A stretch of DNA of 64,000 bases. Source: a virus. Taxonomy: Duplodnaviria > Caudoviricetes. The stretch covers positions 10,328 through 74,327 of the IMG/VR virus record IMGVR_UViG_3300032007_000069. One strand, 5' to 3'. Shown here piece after piece: positions 57,068-64,000 of the stretch. Each line of letters starts with the position of its first letter. The first letter of the stretch is position 1. Position numbers and translations under genes: made by a program. The notes under the pieces were generated by a model. That model was not told the DNA's origin and made no database searches. It saw nothing but the letters and a program-made list of their open reading frames with translations.

Positions 57068-57414
57068 TGGCAAAGAACTTCACCATAGAGCAGATTGTGA
57101 CCATTTACGAGAAGAAGGGGTGTAACATCACTTCTACTTGTAAGGCTCTCGGCATATCACGCAAGACCTTCTATGAGTGGAGGGCCAAGAAGAAGAAGCT
57201 CGCTGAGGCTCTGGAGGAGGCTGACGAGTCCATCCTCGACTACGCAGAGAGCAAGTTGGTCGAGCATATTCAGAACGATGATGTGCAGTCCTTGATTTTC
57301 TTCCTAAAGACCAAGGGCAAGAAGAGAGGATATGTAGAGAAGACTGAGAGCGATGTCAACATTAACGCATTTGAGAAACTGATGCAGGAAACTGAAGACG
57401 ACGACGACGAATGA
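57067..57414 (+). CDS. Terminase small subunit-like HTH protein
   Basis: NITSTCKALGISRKTFYEW and LIFFLKTKGKKRGY; directly before terL. Confidence 0.75.
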   Translation: MAKNFTIEQIVTIYEKKGCNITSTCKALGISRKTFYEWRAKKKKLAEALEEADESILDYAESKLVEHIQNDDVQSLIFFLKTKGKKRGYVEKTESDVNINAFEKLMQETEDDDDE

Positions 57415-58922
57415 GTTCTGGTAACAAGCGACAGAATAAGATGCGAGCGTGGCGCAAGGACTGGTGTTTATTTGCCAAACAAGTGCTCCACGCTCGCCTC
57501 GATGAAGAACAGAAGGCAATCCTGCGTGCTGTTCAGAAAGAGCGTATGGTGGCCGTTGCTTCGGGTACAGCCCGAGGCAAGGACTACATCGCTGCTGTTG
57601 CGTGTCTGTGCTTCATGTACCTCACCCCACGCTGGAAGGACGGCAAGCTGATAAAGAACACGAAGATTGCCATGACAGCCCCTACGGACAGACAGGTGGG
57701 TAATATCATGGTGCCGGAGGTTAGACGTCTCTTCAAGGCCGCTGCCGTGCTCCCTGGGCGACTTGTCGGACACGACATCAGAACGGAGTACGAGGAATGG
57801 TTCTTGACAGGTTTCAAGTCGAGTGCAGACAACACGGAGGCTTGGTCAGGTTTCCATGCCGTCAACACCATGTTCGTGGTGACAGAGGCATCGGGTATCT
57901 CAGAAACCATCTATAATGCCATCGAGGGTAACCTGCAGGGTAACTCACGTCTGCTGATTGTGTTCAACCCGAACATCACTACTGGATATGCGGCAAAGGC
58001 GATGAAGTCGGAGCGTTTCAAGAAGTTCCGTCTCAACTCCCTTCATGCCGAGAATGTGGTCAAGAAGAAAGACATCATTCCGGGCCAGGTTGACTATGAG
58101 TGGGTGCAGGATAAGGTCAAGAGCTGGAGCATCCCCATCCGCAGGGAAGACTACAACGAGGGTGAGGGTGACTTCGAGTGGGAGGGTCAGTACTACAGAC
58201 CAAATGACCTCTTCCGTGTCAAGGTGCTCGGTATGTTCCCGAAGGTGTCGGAAGACGTGCTCATCCCTTACGAATGGGTGGAGCTTGCAAACGAGCGTTG
58301 GAAGGAACTACAGGAAGAAGGTTTCGAGCCGAAGAAGACCTGCCGTGTCGGTGTCGATGTCGCTGGTATGGGACGTGACTCTTCTGTGCTATGTCCGAGG
58401 TATGGTAACTTCGTAGGAGAGTTCGAGGTGCACAACTCGGCTGGTGTGGCCGACCACATGCACGTCTGTGGCATGGTGGTTCCGTACCTCAAGAAGAAGG
58501 GTGTCAAGGCCTTCGTCGATACCATCGGTGAAGGTGCTGGTGTCTATTCCCGTCTGAAGGAGCTTGGCTATGACTATGCCTATTCCTGCAAGTTCTCGGA
58601 GGGCGCGAGAAACCTCTCTGACATCACGGAGGTACGCACATTTGCGAATATGCGAGCCTACCTGTATTGGGCGGTGAGGGACTGGCTTGATCCGAAGAAC
58701 GGCTTCTATCCAGCGTTGCCTCCCAACGACTTGCTCATGCAGGAGTGCACGGACGTCCATTGGAAGTTCCAGAGCGATGGCGACATCATCATAGAACCCA
58801 AGGAAGACATCAAGAAGAGGCTCGGTCGAAGCCCGGACTACCTCGATGCACTGGCCAACACGTTTTACCCACGAGACTACGAAGTTGTGCAAGAAAACGA
58901 AATTTTCGGGGATATGTTGTAG
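57411..58922 (+). CDS. terL: Terminase large subunit
   Basis: ASGTARGKD Walker A, VTEASG, IVFNP, VGVDVAGMGRD and SPDYLDALA nuclease motifs. Confidence 0.92.
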   Translation: MSSGNKRQNKMRAWRKDWCLFAKQVLHARLDEEQKAILRAVQKERMVAVASGTARGKDYIAAVACLCFMYLTPRWKDGKLIKNTKIAMTAPTDRQVGNIMVPEVRRLFKAAAVLPGRLVGHDIRTEYEEWFLTGFKSSADNTEAWSGFHAVNTMFVVTEASGISETIYNAIEGNLQGNSRLLIVFNPNITTGYAAKAMKSERFKKFRLNSLHAENVVKKKDIIPGQVDYEWVQDKVKSWSIPIRREDYNEGEGDFEWEGQYYRPNDLFRVKVLGMFPKVSEDVLIPYEWVELANERWKELQEEGFEPKKTCRVGVDVAGMGRDSSVLCPRYGNFVGEFEVHNSAGVADHMHVCGMVVPYLKKKGVKAFVDTIGEGAGVYSRLKELGYDYAYSCKFSEGARNLSDITEVRTFANMRAYLYWAVRDWLDPKNGFYPALPPNDLLMQECTDVHWKFQSDGDIIIEPKEDIKKRLGRSPDYLDALANTFYPRDYEVVQENEIFGDML

Positions 58923-58950
58923 GTTTCTCGAAAAATTGTCGTACCTTTGC

Positions 58951-59036
58951 AATGTTTCTTATAATGAGACTGCTTTCAATGGCAGTTTTCATTGCTCTTG
59001 CCAGCCTAAGCCGTGAGGCCTCAGACTGGCTTTTTT
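58951..59036 (+). ncRNA. Candidate trans-acting antisense sRNA
   Basis: Own TACCTTTG box (58942), hairpin 58963-58993, intrinsic terminator; carries reverse complements of TATAAGAAACA and AAGAGCAATG; 5' end approximate. Confidence 0.7.
59000..59036 (+). terminator. Intrinsic terminator
   Basis: GCCAG...CTGGC stem with inner GCCT/AGGC pairing, followed by T6. Confidence 0.7.
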
Positions 59037-59052
59037 GTTGCGTAGGTTAGTA

Positions 59053-59185
59053 AAAGTTAAACTTTTGTCGTACAGCGTTTTAGCCTGCATTTTAGCTGAT
59101 TTTTGTTTGGTCATTTGAAAAAAAATGGCTATCTTTGCAATGTTATAAGAAACAAAATTTATTCATCTAAAATTGAAGAGCAATG
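59053..59185 (+). promoter_or_regulatory. Class I promoter/leader module 5
   Basis: AAAGTTAAA 59053, TATCTTTG 59130, TATAAGAAACA 59144, AAGAGCAATG 59176. Confidence 0.75.
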
Positions 59186-59335
59186 AAGGAAATCATCGTC
59201 AACATCATCAAGGAAGGTTGGAAGAAAAACCTGCCAGTCTGTGAGGTTATCCGTAAGATTGAGAATGAGACGGGCTTATACCCACGTTTCGCTCAGCAGG
59301 AGTTTGTCAACAACGTTTTCACCTGCAGGCCATGA
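59183..59335 (+). CDS. Small hypothetical protein (50 aa, absent from the ORF track)
   Basis: MKEIIVNIIKEGWKK...; starts at AAGAGCAATG; ATGA overlap with the next gene. Confidence 0.6.
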   Translation: MKEIIVNIIKEGWKKNLPVCEVIRKIENETGLYPRFAQQEFVNNVFTCRP

Positions 59336-59562
59336 AGAAGACTGACAAGGCTCTGTCCCTTTTACGGCAAGGCAGGTTTGAGGATGCGCTGAGTATCATC
59401 GTGCATTTCAGACTCGGCTTCACGAAGGAAGAGAAGAGGACGCTGGAGATAGCCCATGAGAGCCTTACAGGTCATTCGTCGTTCTACGAGAGCATCGGAG
59501 TAGATACCAGCACTTGCATCAGCAAGGCAAGAGAGATAGTAAGAAACAAGTACAACATCTAA
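59332..59562 (+). CDS. Hypothetical protein
   Basis: 76 aa coupled ORF. Confidence 0.65.
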   Translation: MKKTDKALSLLRQGRFEDALSIIVHFRLGFTKEEKRTLEIAHESLTGHSSFYESIGVDTSTCISKAREIVRNKYNI

Positions 59563-59574
59563 AGACAAAGAGCA

Positions 59575-59976
59575 ATGAAGACAAGTATTGAATTTGAAGG
59601 CAAGACCATCACGATCAGCAGCCGGCACATCGGCATCGACACTCCAGAATGGAGCAAAGGTTACGCAAAGCATCACTACAAGGTTACGGTGTCTGTTCCG
59701 TACAGCACTGGCAAGCGTGAGTACACCACGGACTATTGGTGCAACTCTGCAGAACTGAAGAAGAGAGACCTCTATGAGGTTCTTGAGACCCTGTGCAGCG
59801 ATGCCACCTACGGAGATATGAGTATAGACGACTTCAACTCGGAGCTGTGCTACGAGAAGGTGTCTGAGTGCATCCGTGCCTACAACGGCTGCAAAGAGAC
59901 GTTTGAAGCGTTCAAGAATATGTTCCTTAACCCATACAGCCTGGGAGATTATCTGAGAGAGAAGTATGACATTTAG
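59575..59976 (+). CDS. Hypothetical protein
   Basis: Starts at AAGAGCAATG. Confidence 0.7.
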   Translation: MKTSIEFEGKTITISSRHIGIDTPEWSKGYAKHHYKVTVSVPYSTGKREYTTDYWCNSAELKKRDLYEVLETLCSDATYGDMSIDDFNSELCYEKVSECIRAYNGCKETFEAFKNMFLNPYSLGDYLREKYDI

Positions 59977-60020
59977 AGTATCAAGGCAGACAGCATTGAT
60001 TGCTCTTCAATAGATGAAGC

Positions 60021-60060
60021 GATGGTGCTGGTCTGCGAAGATAGGCACCATCCAATTTTT
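60021..60060 (+). terminator. Terminator-like hairpin preceded by an anti-leader sequence
   Basis: GATGGTGC/GCACCATC 8-bp stem with inner TCT-GCGA-AGA, followed by CAATTTTT. Confidence 0.55.
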
Positions 60061-60067
60061 GAGAACT

Positions 60068-60355
60068 ATGAGCAAGGTTTATGAGAACACAGGCAGTCGC
60101 ATAACCATCTATTCAGACAGCGGCGAGTACAGGATGATAGCCGTCAGAAGGGCTATCTCAGAAGACCACAACGGCATCACTCACTACTATGGCTCCAAGT
60201 GGTACATCGAGACGCACCAACGGAAAGGGTTCGGTTTCATCCCTTGCACGTTCAGAGGTCTTCAGTACGTCGTAAGGAAGAAGAAGGAGATTATCGAAAT
60301 GCTCAGCAAGTCTGTTCAATTCACACAGGCATACGCAGAAATGAAGGCAAAATGA
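60068..60355 (+). CDS. Hypothetical protein
   Basis: Start placed at MSKVYEN, after the hairpin. Confidence 0.55.
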   Translation: MSKVYENTGSRITIYSDSGEYRMIAVRRAISEDHNGITHYYGSKWYIETHQRKGFGFIPCTFRGLQYVVRKKKEIIEMLSKSVQFTQAYAEMKAK

Positions 60356-60415
60356 GGCGGTTTTAGCCAAAAAGTATAAAAAGTGCTTGATGTTGCGCAT
60401 ATTTTTCAGAAAAAA

Positions 60416-60448
60416 GTGCGTGATTTTCAAGCATTTTTTGTATCTTTG
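60416..60448 (+). promoter_or_regulatory. Class II promoter 3 (portal/head operon)
   Basis: GTGCG 60416, TCAAGCATTTTT 60427, TATCTTTG 60441. Confidence 0.7.
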
Positions 60449-60470
60449 CCGCGTTATAACATTTACGCGC

Positions 60471-61916
60471 ATGCCACCTATCAAAGAAATCTTTGGTCTC
60501 GGTAATCCGGGAACCATCATTAACGAGTTGAAGAAGAAGTCGGTCGAGGTGCCCGATTGGGGTGTCTTGATTAACGACTACGAGCCCACCAAGCACAAGA
60601 TCGTGCATGACATGATTGGCCGTAAGGACAGACAACGTTCTGACGGAGTGGTGGAGAAAGCGTCTCGCATCTACATCGGTATGGAGAAGCTGTTGTCGCA
60701 TCGCTACAACGAGTACACGTTCTCCATCCCTGTGAAGCGTGTGTATTCCAACCTCGAAGACAACCAGACGAGGGAGGATATTGCCAAGGCTATCGAGGCT
60801 ATCTACAAGCATGCTCGCATAGATGCCGTGAACCTCAAGCGAGGCCTTGCCTACTACGCTGCCTGTGAGATTTTCACTATCTGGTACACCGTGGAACGTG
60901 AAAACACGCTCTATGGCTTCCCATCCAAGTACAAGCTGAAGTGTAAGACCTACTCGCCTATGGATGGCACGAAGCTGTACCCTCTCATTGACGAAATGGA
61001 CGATATGCTTGCCATGTCGTTTGAGTACGTCAAGAAGGACGGTGAGAAGACCGTGACCTACTTCGAGACCTACACGGCTGACAAGCACTACCTCTGGAAG
61101 CAGGACGGTTCCGGTCCAGACGGATGGACTGAGGTTACCGCTGTCGTGACTGATGAGGGCATGATTCAGAGCGGTGAGAGCATCGAGATAATGAAGATAC
61201 CTGGAGTGTACCTGCATCGTGTGGCTCCCGTCTATCATGGTCTCACTTACCTGCGTGAGGAAATGGAATACTCGCTGTCCCGTCACAGCGACGTGATAGC
61301 CTACAACTCGGCTCCTGTGCTGAAGATTACAGGTAAGATTATCGGTGACGAGAACAAGGGTGACAGCCGTCGTGCATGGCGCTTGGAGAATGGCGGTGAT
61401 GTGGCATACGTTTCTTGGCAGCAGTCCGTGGAGGCTTTGAAGTACCACGTTGACATGCTGGTTAAGCTGTTCTTCATGCAGGCACAGATGCCTGACGTTT
61501 CCTTCGACAACTTGAAGGGTCTTGGCAGTATCGGCTATGATGCAAGGCAGACCCTCTTTACTGATGCTCACTTGAAGATTGGTGATGAGGCTGGCGCATG
61601 GATTGAGTTCCTGGAGCGCGAGTGCAACGTTATCAAGGCCTTCTTGAAGAAGATGAACGTCAAGTGGGAAAAGGAGATTGACAACGTAGATGTCGAGCAT
61701 GTAATCACTCCGTTCGTCCAGAACGACGAGAAGTACGAGATCGAGAAGTGGATGAAGGCTAATGGCGACAAGCCTCTTGTCAGCCACTTGGAGTCCATCC
61801 GCAAGGCAGGTCTTTCAGACGACCCAGATGCCACATTCGAGGAGTACGAGAGAGAGCAGAACGCAAGCATGGAAAGCCGTATGCAAGATGTTCTTGGAGG
61901 CGGTTCAGCAGAATAA
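60471..61916 (+). CDS. Portal protein (SPP1-like)
   Basis: About 480 aa between terL and MuF; start placed at MPPIKE, downstream of the promoter. Confidence 0.8.
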   Translation: MPPIKEIFGLGNPGTIINELKKKSVEVPDWGVLINDYEPTKHKIVHDMIGRKDRQRSDGVVEKASRIYIGMEKLLSHRYNEYTFSIPVKRVYSNLEDNQTREDIAKAIEAIYKHARIDAVNLKRGLAYYAACEIFTIWYTVERENTLYGFPSKYKLKCKTYSPMDGTKLYPLIDEMDDMLAMSFEYVKKDGEKTVTYFETYTADKHYLWKQDGSGPDGWTEVTAVVTDEGMIQSGESIEIMKIPGVYLHRVAPVYHGLTYLREEMEYSLSRHSDVIAYNSAPVLKITGKIIGDENKGDSRRAWRLENGGDVAYVSWQQSVEALKYHVDMLVKLFFMQAQMPDVSFDNLKGLGSIGYDARQTLFTDAHLKIGDEAGAWIEFLERECNVIKAFLKKMNVKWEKEIDNVDVEHVITPFVQNDEKYEIEKWMKANGDKPLVSHLESIRKAGLSDDPDATFEEYEREQNASMESRMQDVLGGGSAE

Positions 61917-61934
61917 CATTCAATCCCACATATT

Positions 61935-62282
61935 ATGAAGAAGAGATTAGCAAAATGGTTTCTGTTGGTCGCCAAGCGTCTTGACCCAGAGACACACATC
62001 GAGAATGCGCAGGTCATAGAGGACTACGATGCGCAGAAGGTCGGTCTGACCTATGTTATCACCAAAAAGGACATCAAGGACTACCGCTTCAAGGAGGGCG
62101 CGAGAATGTCGCTGAGAGAGGGTAAGCGTTGTCTCATCAACGAAGTGCGAAAGAAGATCCGTGCCCACATCATCGGCTGTGTGGATGCCAAGAGGCTCAT
62201 CGAGTACGACATCAAGGAAGAGGATGGCGGCTTCCGTGTGAGTGGAGAACTGAAGGTTTACGTTCCAAAGCGAGAAGCGTAA
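61935..62282 (+). CDS. Hypothetical protein
   Basis: 115 aa in the head operon. Confidence 0.6.
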   Translation: MKKRLAKWFLLVAKRLDPETHIENAQVIEDYDAQKVGLTYVITKKDIKDYRFKEGARMSLREGKRCLINEVRKKIRAHIIGCVDAKRLIEYDIKEEDGGFRVSGELKVYVPKREA

Positions 62283-62479
62283 TGGCAAGCCGTACAAAGA
62301 AACAGCCGGAGGTGTTGCACTTCTGCCGTGAATGTGCCAACGTGACCATCGTGACGAGATTCAACACCCTAAGCATACAGGGCAAGCCCACACTTGGTGA
62401 ATGTCCGTATTGGACGGAATCAAGGTGTGTCCTGTTAAGCCAGGCAGCATGTAAGGAACATTTTAAGCCGAGGGTATAA
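62282..62479 (+). CDS. Small Cys-rich hypothetical protein
   Basis: TAATG overlaps at both ends; CRECA...GECPY...C. Confidence 0.55.
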   Translation: MASRTKKQPEVLHFCRECANVTIVTRFNTLSIQGKPTLGECPYWTESRCVLLSQAACKEHFKPRV

Positions 62480-64000
62480 TGGCAAAGCCAAAGGGTATCA
62501 ATCAGAAAGCCAAATGGAAAGCGCACTCTATTCGTCTTGCGAGATATGCGGATAGAGTGCAATCCGTTTATGATACCCTCAATCTCGAAGTGGCGAGGTT
62601 GGTTCTAAGGTCCGGCTATGACGGTTCCAAGCCCTTCCGCTTCTCAGACTATCCAGCTACCAAGAGGAAGTTCGACGAGATACGTGCGCAGTTCGTGAGT
62701 GAAATGCGCTCTGTTATCTACGCTGGCACTACGGAGGAATGGAAGCAGAGTAACCTCGTGCAGGATTTGCTTGCTGACAAGGCTCTGAAGTTCTATGGCA
62801 TCAAGTCGAGAGGCAAGAAATACCGCAGATACTATCAGACGAACAGCGATGTGCTTAAAGCCTTCCAGCAGCGCAAGGAAGATGGTCTCAACCTGTCACA
62901 GCGGTTGTGGAACCAGTCGGGCAACTACAAGGAGGAAATGGAGTACTGCCTGTCTTCGGCTATCGAGAAGGGCACCAGTGCCGTGAAGCTGTCGAAGAGA
63001 CTGAGCAAGTACCTTACAGACTTTCCGTCCCTCAAGAAAGACTACAAGGAGAAGTATGGCAAGGCTGTCGCCTGTCAAGACTGCGAGTATCGTTCCATCC
63101 GTCTTGCACGTTCCGAGATAAACATGGCCTACAGGATTGCCGAGCAGGAGCGATGGAAGCAGTTTGACTTCGTGCTGGGCTATGAGGTGAAGCTCACTCA
63201 GAACGGACATCATGTGCCGGACATCTGCGATGATCTTGCTGGCAAGTACCCGAAGGACTTTGTGTTCAAGGGCTGGCATCCGAACTGCATGTGCTATGTC
63301 ATTCCAATCCTTATGAGCGAAGACCAGTTCTGGGGTAACGAGGAAGTGAAGCCCATCGAGGAGGTTCCAGATGAAATGAAGGTGTGGATAAAGAACAATG
63401 AGGAGCGTCTTGAAGAAGCGGAGGAAAGAGGTACGCTGCCTTATTGGATAACGGACAACTCAGACAAGATTGAGGATATTCGCTCGAAGGACATTCACGA
63501 CTTGGTTGATACGAGCATACCCATATTCAAGGGCAAGCGTGCTCTGCTCCATGAGAGAGAGGATTTGTATGAGACCCTTCTTGAAGATGCAGAATATGAG
63601 GACGTGCGCTTCGACAGCAAGTCGCTTGGTCTGATGGCCACCCATATAGAGCACAACTTCGACAAGCGAGGCGGTGTCTATGAGAAAGCCGTGCAGAAGG
63701 CAGGCTTCAGATCCGGTCATGCCGTTATCCTGGAAAAGGAATATGGTGATGTCATTGGCGAGCGTTTCACAGAAGGTACGTGGGATGGTCTGGAGTTCGA
63801 GGTAGCTGGTCGAGAGACTGCAACGGAGAACAACGTGCTCAGAGGTCTCAAGCATTGTGCCTTGAAGAAGAAGACGCAGGTTGCCGTCCTGCATTTCCCG
63901 AAGGGTGGCTTTGATGAGGAGGTGCTTGACAAGGTTCTGAGACGATACAAGGGACTGGAGAAGTTGAAGGATGGTCAGTACCTAAAGTTCGAGCGTATTG
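62479..64000 (+). CDS. MuF/SPP1 gp7-like head morphogenesis protein with C-terminal extension (runs off the window; absent from the ORF track)
   Basis: Manual translation is open for 507 codons; RLARSEINMAY, ICDDLAG and GWHPNCMC MuF motifs. Confidence 0.85.
   Translation, partial: MAKPKGINQKAKWKAHSIRLARYADRVQSVYDTLNLEVARLVLRSGYDGSKPFRFSDYPATKRKFDEIRAQFVSEMRSVIYAGTTEEWKQSNLVQDLLADKALKFYGIKSRGKKYRRYYQTNSDVLKAFQQRKEDGLNLSQRLWNQSGNYKEEMEYCLSSAIEKGTSAVKLSKRLSKYLTDFPSLKKDYKEKYGKAVACQDCEYRSIRLARSEINMAYRIAEQERWKQFDFVLGYEVKLTQNGHHVPDICDDLAGKYPKDFVFKGWHPNCMCYVIPILMSEDQFWGNEEVKPIEEVPDEMKVWIKNNEERLEEAEERGTLPYWITDNSDKIEDIRSKDIHDLVDTSIPIFKGKRALLHEREDLYETLLEDAEYEDVRFDSKSLGLMATHIEHNFDKRGGVYEKAVQKAGFRSGHAVILEKEYGDVIGERFTEGTWDGLEFEVAGRETATENNVLRGLKHCALKKKTQVAVLHFPKGGFDEEVLDKVLRRYKGLEKLKDGQYLKFERI

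Noticed and set aside
58810-58992. 60-aa minus-strand gene starting at AAGAGCAATG
   Set aside because: It overlaps the terL 3' end antisense, and the promoter and terminator here face the plus strand. It remains the main alternative explanation for the CATTGCTCTT match and is not fully excluded.

Overview
The window is most of a temperate, siphovirus-like phage of a Bacteroidota host, inferred from TAnnTTTG/TTTG promoters and Bacteroidales-type gene families. It is in the excised or episomal state, because an intact attP (3' half of tRNA-Ser(GGA) plus arm repeats) lies beside the integrase. Gene order: tape measure and tail genes; a diversity-generating retroelement (DGR); a 1912-aa tail fibre; lysis genes; early accessory operons; int/attP; a CI/Cro-like switch; recombination and replication genes; MazG, a second DGR target and RtcB; a PRTRC ubiquitin-like cassette; a tRNA cluster; a racemase/amidoligase/ParB/ATP-grasp cluster; terminase, portal and MuF. 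Strongest candidates for new biology: (1) a small transcription unit after terL that is antisense both to the AAGAGCAATG start-codon motif shared by 12-13 genes and to a shared leader motif, plus a second anti-leader element; (2) a racemase, two amide-ligase domains and a GNAT/Mom-like domain coupled to the terminase genes, suggesting D-amino-acid or peptide DNA hypermodification; (3) one DGR template diversifying both a tail-region gene and a remote early gene 30 kb away. All family assignments come from motif recognition by eye. No database search or folding program was run.
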